Below, piece after piece: positions 28,784-38,837 of a DNA stretch of 64,000 nt (positions are counted from its first letter, which is position 1; every line of letters starts with the position of its first letter). A program made the translations under genes and the position numbers. The stretch comes from Bacteroidota bacterium. Lineage in GTDB: Bacteria; Bacteroidota; Rhodothermia; Rhodothermales; Bin80. Location: contig JAPOTS010000043.1 of the NCBI GenBank assembly GCA_026709065.1, forward strand, positions 379 to 64,378. The letters are read 5' to 3'. The notes beneath the pieces are model-generated. The model had not been told where the DNA came from and did no database searches. It saw only the letters and a list, made by a program, of their open reading frames with translations.

Positions 28784-30073
28784 ATGTTTTTAGGTATTAC
28801 CCCCTCCCCCCCATTTTTTCTTTTCTTGATCGTGATTCTCTTATCCAGCTGCGATACTGGAATTACGGAACCGGATACTCAAAACTCAAGTGTTGAGGAT
28901 GTCGAAGATGAGATCCCTCTGGACGCGCTGGGCAAAACCGGTTCTAGTAATAGAGAATGTCGACGAAAGAAAAAATTAACTTCCGCCATTCAGTGTATGC
29001 GAGACTTGCATGCCAAAGGAAAAGAAGAGCGCAAACTTTGGACACGGGCTTTGCGTGCAGTACGTTGTAATCCTACTGCAATGACTGCATCTGAAGCATG
29101 GGATAATCGCAACAACAATAGAAACAAAGTGTTGTGGGGTCGCATTACCAGAGCGATTGAGTCATGCGATACCCCAAGCGATGTCCAATTTGACGTTGGC
29201 TTCTCTGACCTTATTGACCCATCCAACAACGGCGAAGCAGTGTTAGGCAAGATATCCACTGACGGCGATGTAAGGTTCATTGATGGCCAAACATTTTCCG
29301 CAAGTGAAGGTGTATCCTTTGAAAATGCGATGCGTGTAGAGATCATAATTGAGGTGGAGGCGAGCACTAACGTGACAAATTTCCGCGTAGGATTACATGG
29401 AGTGACTGATTTTAACAGTCTTGGAGTCTATATCAAACCAGCGGATGGAGAACGAAACGTTCCCAGTGGAGACGCATACCCGACCTGCAAAGCTTCCAAT
29501 AATTGTTTTGAGATAGTAGCAACTGAGTTAGGGGTAACGGAATCCCTTTTGAGAGATACTCCACCTCCATCACCTGTAAACAGAGGTCGTAGAACCTTTA
29601 ATTTTTATGGGGATACCATAGATGACAACATTGTGGGGCCGGATGCACATCATAAGGCAATAATTAGAATCCAGAGTGTTAATGGTTCTGGATCAATTCC
29701 TAGCGGAGGCGAATTAAACTTCATTGTTGAAGAGGATGACATTAGTTGGGTAGATGTATGGCACGAGCCAATTTCAGGTGGAAGCCGAATCTTAGCTAGG
29801 GAAAGTCGGCAAGTGTTAGATGAGATTAATCTGCGTGGGGATCTTGAAGGGCCAGGATGGCGTGGTACTGGAAACTTATTCTGGCTGTTACCTCTTCCCT
29901 CAAGCCCCCTCAACGATATCCATCATGTTGACCTCACTTTATATGCTGACTGTTCTATGGGCAGAGCAGTCATTAAACCATTGGCATCTCCAAGGCTTTC
30001 GGGTGCAAATACTGTTGACCGTGAGCACGTCAAAATCAGATGGGACAAAGAGGAGATTGTTGTTTGCAACTAA
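28784..30073 (+). CDS. Orphan surface lipoprotein, Cys-containing helical N-domain plus possible Calx-beta-like domain
   Basis: Lipobox LLSSC; intact 429-aa ORF; TIDDNIVGPD...IVEEDD resembles Calx-beta acidic motifs. Confidence 0.7.
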   Translation: MFLGITPSPPFFLFLIVILLSSCDTGITEPDTQNSSVEDVEDEIPLDALGKTGSSNRECRRKKKLTSAIQCMRDLHAKGKEERKLWTRALRAVRCNPTAMTASEAWDNRNNNRNKVLWGRITRAIESCDTPSDVQFDVGFSDLIDPSNNGEAVLGKISTDGDVRFIDGQTFSASEGVSFENAMRVEIIIEVEASTNVTNFRVGLHGVTDFNSLGVYIKPADGERNVPSGDAYPTCKASNNCFEIVATELGVTESLLRDTPPPSPVNRGRRTFNFYGDTIDDNIVGPDAHHKAIIRIQSVNGSGSIPSGGELNFIVEEDDISWVDVWHEPISGGSRILARESRQVLDEINLRGDLEGPGWRGTGNLFWLLPLPSSPLNDIHHVDLTLYADCSMGRAVIKPLASPRLSGANTVDREHVKIRWDKEEIVVCN

Positions 30074-30409
30074 CAAAAATCATTTACTTAATGTGGGTCA
30101 TATCATCGGTGGATTGATAGACCCTTGGGTGAGGGTAGGTGTGTTTAGTAGGAAGATAAAAACCAGCTCTTCGGTTGTTTGTTTTTGAACTTTGGATGTA
30201 GTAGGTTCTGTTGAACTATTGCTGATTGTTCCAAAATGGCCGAAGAGCTGGTTTATTAGATTTATCTTGAAGTTATTCAGGATAATTGACGTATCTGGAT
30301 GCGAATTATTAAGACCAGTGTCATTCAACATGCCAATCTCTTTTTGAGAGTCCTGCGTTGGTAGGCTCCTCTATCGTCTTATGGGGCCATGAAGGCCAGA
30401 GAGCTAACC

Positions 30410-32169
30410 CTGCCCTGTAGTCATGAATACGCTTTACTATTGGATTTAGACCAGTTTTCACAGCTAAAGAATCTATCCGATTTTCATTTCTCCAATTCAT
30501 GTCTACTGTGAGCAACTCATGAAGATCAAGTGATTTGATGTCTCAACACCTCCCAAAATCGATCTTATTTGTAACGTATTTTTAGGATGCTATGGATGGT
30601 AATGATGTACGCTCTACCAAGTCATAGATGCCCTTTAATTCCTCATATGTGATTGCACGCATCTGTAATTTTGCATATCCTCTCCACATGATCTCGTGCC
30701 CGGGTGGGGGATCATTCTTGCGATCCATGTACCCGCCCATCATTGCCACCAATAGGATAGCACTCTTCAAATCGGTGTGAGCTGGAACCTTGTAGATCTG
30801 GGCATACACATCCATCATCTTAAATTCTGACTCGGTAAAAAACACCTCCGCAGACAAGTCTACCGTTTCTCTTCCCAGTAAGGTCATCAACATGATTCGC
30901 CATGCTGAGACCATGTACAAAGTAATCACCCGATGTAACGACTCCGCATCTTGTAGCCGTAAGTTTTCCACTTTACACCCCGTTTTAAGAACACGAAAGT
31001 GATCTTCAATCCGCCAGCGAAGTTTATAGGTATTCACCGTGTCTTCGGTCTGCTCCACAGAGGTGATCTCTTGGGTTGTGAGCAGATACCATTCTATGGG
31101 ATCGTTGTCTGCAGGAGGAGATTCTTTGCGCATGTGGATTCCCCAAACTGGCATCGGATCCTGCGTGGTATCTTTGGTTGGAGGGAGCAGATACCTTCCG
31201 TACCGAATTTCCATACGTGCATGGCGTGGTTCACGGCCGTTACTGGTCACCCGACCCGATTTTTCTCGGCGACTCAATCGGGGTACTGAAAGCTCTATGA
31301 TACCCGCGACCGACTCTTAACGCATGGCTAAAAATAACCTCTGTTGCTTTTCGTCATTGAGATGCCGGTTGTGTTTGGCGCGCACCAAGAGATGCGCCCG
31401 CTTTAAGGTGCGTTGCAATGCAAGAATTTCAAAGGCATCCGCTTCGCGGTCCATCACACAGATTACCTTCGTCTTGCGCGGCAGGGTGGTCGCCATCTCA
31501 TCGGCATCCTGCAATCCATCCATCCAACTACGGATTTTGGGAGACACCTGTCCATAGGCACAGCGCAGAACCCCCAACGGAAGACCCTTCTGATTTAACG
31601 CAATCGTTGCATGCAAGTGAATACCACGCGCTTTTGCTGAAGTCTGATTCTGCCCAATCACATCCAGACCCGGTGTCTTCGGTCGGGTTGAATAGGACAT
31701 TTTCATCGCATCCATCACACAGATTACCCTGTCTTGGGTGCGAGCACGCTCTGTCGTCCGACTACGATGGGGATCCAAGATTTTCTCCACCGTGACACCG
31801 AATTGATCCGCTTTCCCCCAGAAACGCCAGAAGGCCTGGGAATCACAGTATCCAGACACCGAGGTCCACGGACGGGAGACTCCGATTTCTTCTCAGGAAG
31901 GGTAAAATGTCCCTCACCTTCTAATGTCCGTAAAGCTTTCATGCAACTGGGAAGACGTAACTTCCCATTCGCGTTTACAAAGTTGAACTGTTTACAGACT
32001 GCCCAGCCAAGATCACTTCAACTGTGACCCTTATGGGAGGCAACCGTCGCTGATACAGCAGATAAAGAACCCCGAAGGGCAGCAAGAATGGGAGATGTTG
32101 TTTCCATGAATCAAGAAAGATACGAAACATAATCTCCATTGCTAAATTGAGTTCATAACTACAGGGCAG
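30410..32169 (-). mobile_element. IS4-family (IS50/Tn5-like) insertion sequence, decayed
   Basis: TIRs CTGCCCTGTAGTCATGAA (30410-30427) and TTCATAACTACAGGGCAG (32152-32169), 17/18 identical; symmetry extends a further 8 bp outward; no direct target duplication seen. Confidence 0.88.
30582..32107 (-). pseudogene. IS4-family transposase pseudogene
   Basis: ILDPHRSRT, ICVMD, GLPLGVL, VMDREADAFE, LLVRAKHNR, IEWYLLTT, YKLRWRIEDHFRVLKTGC and DPPPGHEIMWRG motifs; in-frame TAA at 31317-31319, a frameshift near 31830, and a TGA near the N-terminus. Confidence 0.9.
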
Positions 32170-32422
32170 GGTTAGCTTGTTTTTGGACGGTTTAAAGACG
32201 AGTTTGGAGTTCAATACATACAGTAAGTTTGCAATTGTAAGAGATTATCAATTACGGTGTAAAACCCTATAAGTGCATACCGAAAACCTGCTATAACAGA
32301 ACATCAACTCATACAGTCATTTCATATGAAACTGAAACTACGCAAGTGCCCAGTATGGATATATTTGATAACTTATTGGTATAACATTCTTCTGAAAAAC
32401 TAATAAAGCGTGACTGGTAACC

Positions 32423-34462
32423 ATGAAATTAGAAACAAATCTTCAAGGTCGTTTAAGAAATACGAAACTACCCCAATCTAAAGGGTTGTTTCCCTTATTT
32501 GAAGCGATCATCAACTCAATCCACAGTTTAGAAGCTGCAGGGATTGGTCCAGAGGATGGGCTAATTAAAGTGATCATTCAACGGGAAGGTGCTCCTCTCT
32601 TTGATCAGCCAAAAGATGCTACTACGACAAGTAGTTCTGAGCCTATTGTCGGTTTCAAAGTGATTGACAATGGTATCGGATTTAATGAGGAAAATTTTAA
32701 ATCTTTCATTACGCTTGATACTCCATATGAGATTGACAAGGGAGGTAGAGGTATTGGTCGACTACTCTGGCTTAAAGCATTTGAGAAGGTTGATGTGGTG
32801 AGCCATTTTTTAAATGATCAGCATGGATGCCAGCAGCGGAGTTTTCAATTTAGCCCCAAAGGAATCCTAAAATATTCCATTAAAGATGCTGATGATCAAG
32901 AAAACAGGAATACTATCATTCATCTCCGAGGTTTTTATAAAAACTTCCGTTCCAATGTCCCTAGGACAGCCTCCCCGATCGCAAGTGCTATTGTTGAGTA
33001 TTGTCTGTGGTATTTCGTACGACCGGGTGGTGCACCAAGAATCATGGTTATAGATCAAAACGAAGGCATTTCACTTAATGATCTGTATGAGAGCCTCATG
33101 CATACTTCCGCATCCATTGACCACATTCATATCAAAGGTATCCAATTTGACCTTCTCCATGTTAAACTTAGATCAACTACTTCATCTAATCACTCCATCG
33201 GATATTGTGCTGACGATCGCCTCGTTCAAAAGGAGAAGTTGAACAAATTCATTTCAGGTCTCCATGGCAAGATCACTAATGGGGAGGAATTCGTTTACAT
33301 GTGCTATGTGAGTTCTAGTGTACTCAATGATAGAGTGGATCCTGTGCGAAATACATTTGACATTTCATCTGATTCTGGGGGACTATTTGACGAGACCGAA
33401 ATTACTTGGAGTGAAATCAATCAAGGAGTTGCCTCAAAAATATCTGGGCATCTTCAAGAATATATTGATCAGATTAATCAACGCGTGCAGGATCGAGTCC
33501 ATGAATTTGTATCAAAAAAGTCCCCTCGCTATCGTCCAATTCTTCGTCATATTAATCTGAATGACTTAAATATTGACCCCAAAAGCTCTGATCGAGACCT
33601 TGAACTGATACTCCATCGCCAATATGCAGAGATAGAGAGCCAGCTTCTTGCAGAAGGTCATGATCTGATGAAACCACAGAACGGGGAGTCTCTTCAAGAT
33701 TATCAAGATCGCATAAGCTCTTATTTGCGTAAGGTTGAAGATGTGAAAAAATCTGATCTTGCCAACTATGTGACCCATCGTCGAGTGGTCATAGACTTAT
33801 TGAAGAACGCGATTAATAGTAGGTCGGATGGATCATACGCTCATGAAGAGCTTATCCATAAGCTTATGATGCCAATGCAAATTGAATCATCGGAAGTTCT
33901 GCAAGATTATTGCAACCTATGGTTGATTGATGAAAGATTGGCGTTTCATGAGTATCTGGCATCCGATCAAACATTATCAACAATGCCGATCACTGGGTCA
34001 AAATCTACAAAGGAGCCTGATCTATTAGCATTGAATGTTTTCGATAATCCGATTCTAGTTTCTGATAACTCTACTCCTCCCTTGGCTTCAATTGTTATCG
34101 TTGAATTCAAGCGTCCTATGCGAAACGATGCAACTCAGGGAAGAGAAAAGGATCCAATTGAGCAGGTCCTCGACTATCTGGATGAGACTCGAAAAGGGGG
34201 TGTACGAACGATACAGGGGCGTCAAATTCCAGCTTCTAATACGATTCCTGGGTTTTGTTATGTGATCTGTGATTTAACTCCTACCATTACTAAGCGTTGT
34301 TATAGGCATGATTTGTCAATAACGAGTGATGGGATGGGCTACTTTGGCTACAACAAGCACTATAAAGCATATATTGAAGTCATTTCTTTTGACAGACTGG
34401 TGAATATGGCAATGAAGCGTAATCGTGCATTTTTTGATAAACTTGGACTTCCCTCTGAGTAG
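32423..34462 (+). CDS. GHKL (HATPase_c/MORC-like) ATPase fused to a C-terminal PD-(D/E)XK-type nuclease
   Basis: GHKL boxes EAIINS, DNGIGF, GGRGIGR; C-terminal KEPDLL...IVEFKRP...EQVLDY. Confidence 0.8.
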   Translation: MKLETNLQGRLRNTKLPQSKGLFPLFEAIINSIHSLEAAGIGPEDGLIKVIIQREGAPLFDQPKDATTTSSSEPIVGFKVIDNGIGFNEENFKSFITLDTPYEIDKGGRGIGRLLWLKAFEKVDVVSHFLNDQHGCQQRSFQFSPKGILKYSIKDADDQENRNTIIHLRGFYKNFRSNVPRTASPIASAIVEYCLWYFVRPGGAPRIMVIDQNEGISLNDLYESLMHTSASIDHIHIKGIQFDLLHVKLRSTTSSNHSIGYCADDRLVQKEKLNKFISGLHGKITNGEEFVYMCYVSSSVLNDRVDPVRNTFDISSDSGGLFDETEITWSEINQGVASKISGHLQEYIDQINQRVQDRVHEFVSKKSPRYRPILRHINLNDLNIDPKSSDRDLELILHRQYAEIESQLLAEGHDLMKPQNGESLQDYQDRISSYLRKVEDVKKSDLANYVTHRRVVIDLLKNAINSRSDGSYAHEELIHKLMMPMQIESSEVLQDYCNLWLIDERLAFHEYLASDQTLSTMPITGSKSTKEPDLLALNVFDNPILVSDNSTPPLASIVIVEFKRPMRNDATQGREKDPIEQVLDYLDETRKGGVRTIQGRQIPASNTIPGFCYVICDLTPTITKRCYRHDLSITSDGMGYFGYNKHYKAYIEVISFDRLVNMAMKRNRAFFDKLGLPSE

Positions 34463-34893
34463 CCAGATTATTTTTACTTTGGTACCTTGACTATTGCATC
34501 AGATCAATCATTCAAGTTTGGATGTTTACGCTTTTTGGATCAATACTTGTGGAATGGGATCACTTTTCATCTTCATGGGAGTTAAATCAATAGCAATTTT
34601 TCAAAAAAAAGAGTATACATGAAATTTTCAGAAAATTGTAATTTCAAGTAAATTCGCCCGAAAATCCACTGATATTCAACGGAGGTTTGAAAAGGTTCGT
34701 CCGTCAATAAAGTGTATACATACACCGATCCTTGTTAGCAATCGCAGTATATCTTGTACGCTCGTAAATCAATATTAGGAAGCTGAATTTCAAAATTCAA
34801 ACTGTGTTTTACATCACAATCTTTACCATAGAAAACAACAATGATTGTAACAATTTAGTAGAATATTAAGGACGAAATTAAAATGAACAATCA

Positions 34894-35679
34894 CTAAATT
34901 CGTCTCACTGTGATTCCAGAATCATGGAGAAATTGCTTGACCTCCGATAGTGTTACCTGTTTGAAATGAAACATGGAGGCAGCAAGGACCGCGTGAGCGC
35001 GCCCAACCATCAAAGCATCCCGGAAATGCTCAACCGTTCCTGCTCCGCCTGATGCAATGACTGGCAACTGCACACGACGGTCAATTTCTTGGAGAAGTTC
35101 TATGTCATAGCCAATCTGTGTCCCATCTCGATCCATCGAGGTCACCAACAATTCACCAGCCCCTCTAGTTTCGACTTCTATGGCCCATTGAAGTCCATCA
35201 ATCCCTGTCGGGCGGCGACCGCCATGGGTATAAACCTCCCAGCCGCCCTGCCTTCGTCGCTTTACATCAATGGCAACAACCACGCATTGCGCACCAAAGG
35301 CCCGGCCACACTCGGTAATGAGATCGGGGGTTTTGATTGCAGCCGAGTTGATGGCCACTTTGTCTGCTCCAGCATGAAGCATGTCACGCATATCTTCCAT
35401 TGTTCGGATGCCACCTCCAACGGTGAGCGGGATAAAGACTTGTTCAGCGGTACGTCGAACAATCTCATGGATAATACCTCGGCCTTCATGGGTGGCTGTA
35501 ATATCTAGAAAGACAAGCTCATCTGCCCCCTCGCGATTATAGACCTGTGCCTGCTCCACAGGATCACCTGCATCAACGAGGTCAACAAATTGAATGCCTT
35601 TGACCACTCGTCCCTGATCTACATCTAAGCAGGGAATGATTCGCTTGGCTAAGGGCATGTGGACAAATTTTGATTCCAC
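34894..35679 (-). CDS. hisF: Imidazole glycerol phosphate synthase cyclase subunit
   Basis: [27 protein letters not shown] and VIASGGAG motifs. Confidence 0.97.
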   Translation of the reverse strand: MESKFVHMPLAKRIIPCLDVDQGRVVKGIQFVDLVDAGDPVEQAQVYNREGADELVFLDITATHEGRGIIHEIVRRTAEQVFIPLTVGGGIRTMEDMRDMLHAGADKVAINSAAIKTPDLITECGRAFGAQCVVVAIDVKRRRQGGWEVYTHGGRRPTGIDGLQWAIEVETRGAGELLVTSMDRDGTQIGYDIELLQEIDRRVQLPVIASGGAGTVEHFRDALMVGRAHAVLAASMFHFKQVTLSEVKQFLHDSGITVRRI

Positions 35680-36395
35680 AGTTGGTAGCCGGAAAATTTC
35701 TTTTCATAGAGTGCTCGCCCAATAATGACCGAATCTACGCCAAACGGTACTAATTCATTGAGTGTATCCAAATCTTCTGGCCCCGAGACCCCTCCACTGG
35801 CCATGAGGCGCGCCGTTGTGAGTTGAGTCCCCATTGTCTGGTAAGCATTTAGGTTGGGGCCTAGCATCGTTCCATCCCGCCCTATATCAGTATAGATGAT
35901 TCGTCGGACTCCACAGCGCTCCATGTCTTGGGCAAATTCCACAGCAGACAATCCCGTCCCATCAATCCATCCACTGACGCGAACCTCTCCTTGCTTGGCA
36001 TCAATCCCAACCGCTACATGTTGATCCCCGTATTTCAAAACCATATCGCGAACAAGTTCACGATCTTTAACTGCTGCAGTGCCAATAATAACACGATGGA
36101 TTCCCTGATCAAGAAGACGAATCACATCTTCTTTTGAACGAATACCACCGCCGGTTTGGATGGGAATAGAAAGATGTTTTGCGATGTGTGTAATGGTATC
36201 TGAGTTATTCACACTCCCTCCTGAACGTGCTGCGTCAAGATCAACGATGTGAACCATTGGGGCTCCTTGATCTTCCCACATCTGAGCGACCTGCAATGGA
36301 TTCGCATGGTAATGTGTGACTTGATCATAAGCCCCCTGCAGAAGCCTAACGCAATTGCCTTCAAGAAGGTCAATTGCAGGTACAGGAATGATCAT
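35649..36395 (-). CDS. hisA: ProFAR isomerase
   Basis: PAIDL..G.CVRL.QG, HIVDLD, GGGIRS and YTDIGRDG motifs. Confidence 0.96.
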   Translation of the reverse strand: MIIPVPAIDLLEGNCVRLLQGAYDQVTHYHANPLQVAQMWEDQGAPMVHIVDLDAARSGGSVNNSDTITHIAKHLSIPIQTGGGIRSKEDVIRLLDQGIHRVIIGTAAVKDRELVRDMVLKYGDQHVAVGIDAKQGEVRVSGWIDGTGLSAVEFAQDMERCGVRRIIYTDIGRDGTMLGPNLNAYQTMGTQLTTARLMASGGVSGPEDLDTLNELVPFGVDSVIIGRALYEKKFSGYQLWNQNLSTCP

Positions 36396-37003
36396 GCTAA
36401 TGTCGCAAAATTTGATAGAATGCGTAGTCCAATGTTATGGCTTTTTTCGGGATGAAACTGTACCCCATAGACATGATCGCTAGCGAATGCCACAGGAAGC
36501 TCTTCCCCATATTCTGTGGAAGCAATTACATCATTCGGGTCATTCTCTGTCGCATAAAACGAGTGGGCAAAATAGCAATATGCATGATCTGGAATCCCGT
36601 CAAATAAAACATTTTGGCAAAGTGGTTTAACGATATTCCATCCCATATGCGGCACTTTCAATGCGCTATCAGGAGGTGATAACTCTCTGATATGCCCTTT
36701 CATTAGGCCTAAACCTGCATGGATCCCTAACTCTGAACTAGTTTCAAAAAGCATCTGCATACCCACACACACACCTAAAAAAGGAATCTTTCGTGCAACA
36801 GCATCCAAAATAGGTTGCTCCAATTGACGTTTTCTAACTTCCTCTATACAGGCCCCAAAGGCACCCACTCCTGGGAGGATCAGTCTTTGGGCTTGGAGGA
36901 TGGTTTCGGGGTTATCAGTTCTTACAACATGATCAGAAACATGCTGCAGTGCTCGTTCAATTGAGCGGAGGTTACCGATTCCGTAATCAATGATCGCAAT
37001 CAT
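36392..37003 (-). CDS. hisH: IGP synthase glutamine amidotransferase subunit
   Basis: DYGIGNL, LPGVG, GVCVGMQ, PHMGWN and QFHPEKS motifs. Confidence 0.97.
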   Translation of the reverse strand: MIAIIDYGIGNLRSIERALQHVSDHVVRTDNPETILQAQRLILPGVGAFGACIEEVRKRQLEQPILDAVARKIPFLGVCVGMQMLFETSSELGIHAGLGLMKGHIRELSPPDSALKVPHMGWNIVKPLCQNVLFDGIPDHAYCYFAHSFYATENDPNDVIASTEYGEELPVAFASDHVYGVQFHPEKSHNIGLRILSNFATLA

Positions 37004-37836
37004 TATTTGTCATCATCTTTACCACTGAGCTCGCGTGAACGTTCGGTTGCAGTACCCACTGCATTGATAAACATAGTGCGTAGACCGTATTGTTCAAGTT
37101 CCGCAATTGCAGCAATGGTGGTTCCACCCGGAGTCGTGACTTGATCCCGTAGAATGGCTGGATGCTCACCCGAATGGTCGGCTAATTGCGCAGCTCCGAG
37201 TAGAGTCTTTTTTGAAAGGCTAAATGCAATAGGTCGGGGCAATCCTTGTTTAACTCCAGCATCAGTGAGTGCCTCAATGAGCATGAAGACATAGGCTGGC
37301 CCACTTCCACTTAAACCAGTCACAGCATCCATAAGGTATTCCTGAACCTGCTCAACACTACCGACGGCTTCAAACATTTCTCGGACTATAGCGAGATGCT
37401 CCTCAGATGCAGATTCGCCTGCACAAATTGCAGTCGCTGCTTGCCCAACAATCATTGGAGTATTTGGCATAGTACGGACGACCGGTTGATGATCTGAAAA
37501 TTCCTTTGCAATTCTGGACGTTGTCAGCCCCGCCAAGACGGAGACGATCAAGGTTTTTGGATTTACATGATCACGAATATCATTGGTCACCGCCAACCAA
37601 TTAGCAGGCTTAACTGCTATGACAATGATTGACGCACCCTTAACGGCTTTTTTGTTATCTGTCCCAGCAGTAACTCCTGGAAGCATCTCGCGTAGTGCTT
37701 TCAATGCATGAGGATTTCGCCGTGTTACACATACTCTAGATGGGTTCACATGACCTCCACTGATCAGACCGCCGACAAGTGCCCGCCCGATATTACCCGC
37801 CCCTATGACGGTAATGGTTTGATTAGAAAGGGACAT
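37003..37836 (-). CDS. proC: Pyrroline-5-carboxylate reductase
   Basis: GAGNIG, RTMPNTP, TGLSGSGPAY and VTTPGGTT motifs. Confidence 0.96.
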   Translation of the reverse strand: MSLSNQTITVIGAGNIGRALVGGLISGGHVNPSRVCVTRRNPHALKALREMLPGVTAGTDNKKAVKGASIIVIAVKPANWLAVTNDIRDHVNPKTLIVSVLAGLTTSRIAKEFSDHQPVVRTMPNTPMIVGQAATAICAGESASEEHLAIVREMFEAVGSVEQVQEYLMDAVTGLSGSGPAYVFMLIEALTDAGVKQGLPRPIAFSLSKKTLLGAAQLADHSGEHPAILRDQVTTPGGTTIAAIAELEQYGLRTMFINAVGTATERSRELSGKDDDK

Positions 37837-38444
37837 TAGATGATTCCTTTGGTGGATGGCATGGCTGGATTGGAATGGCTTCGCTGAATTGCAATCTTTA
37901 AAGCTTGAGCGACAGATTTGAAAATCGCTTCAATCTTATGATGTGTATTGATGCCATATATCACACTAATGTGTAATGTACACTGAGCATGTTCAGCAAA
38001 ACTGTACCAGAAATGCTGTACGAGTTCGGTGGGAAGATCTCCGACTATTGGGCGTTCAAACTCTCCTTCAAAGAAGAGTGTAAATCGACCAGAAAGATCA
38101 ACCACTGCTCGCGCGAGAGATTCGTCCATCGGAACATATGCATTCCCATAACGGGTGATATGTGATTTATCTCCTAACGCTTGTCTAAATGCTTGGCCGA
38201 GACAAATGCCAATGTCTTCAACTGTATGGTGTTCGTCAACCTCCAGATCTCCATTACAAGTTACTTGAAGATCAAATTGACCATGCTTTGCAAACAGATC
38301 AAGCATGTGATCTAAAAAGCCAATCCCAGTTTGATTGATGTATTGACCAGACCCGTCAAGTGTAATCTGCAAAGAGATGTCTGTTTCTTTAGTGATCCGG
38401 TTAACAGAACCACTTCGGGAAGCCTGATTAGGTTTGCTCATCAA
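37836..38444 (-). CDS. hisB: Imidazoleglycerol-phosphate dehydratase
   Basis: TKETDI, FLDHML, DEHHTVED, PMDES and HHKIEAIFK motifs. Confidence 0.96.
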   Translation of the reverse strand: MMSKPNQASRSGSVNRITKETDISLQITLDGSGQYINQTGIGFLDHMLDLFAKHGQFDLQVTCNGDLEVDEHHTVEDIGICLGQAFRQALGDKSHITRYGNAYVPMDESLARAVVDLSGRFTLFFEGEFERPIVGDLPTELVQHFWYSFAEHAQCTLHISVIYGINTHHKIEAIFKSVAQALKIAIQRSHSNPAMPSTKGII

Positions 38445-38837
38445 TATTGCTAAGGTAAAAGCAGATTTTTAATACCTTCATCGGTTATAGGTTTCCTTGC
38501 TTCAACATAAAAATTAACACTAAGAAAAACGCTTGGAAGTATCAAATAGACCTTTAAATTCATTTAATGATTGATCCGATTCAGTCTATACCAGATTACC
38601 TGTGAAAAGCTCTTCTCTAGATCTGAATGTTGAAAACAATCAAGTGTCGCTCTCAAATCAAAATGTAACATAGATAGAAACAAGAGTTTGGCTTACCAGC
38701 ATTTCTATTAATTTAATCCTTATGGATCATAAACAATACGATACTTATACGCATAAGTTTATAGTAAGGTGTGCAATGATATAGAAACGGATCCATAAGA
38801 TTGTTTTTTTGTTGAATCCTTTTAGCTGAAGAGGTCA

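Noticed and set aside
30402-32177. 26-bp TIRs for the IS4 element
   Set aside because: The third copy at 26301 shows similarity stopping at CTGCCC; the outer 8 bp more likely reflect target preference or rearrangement
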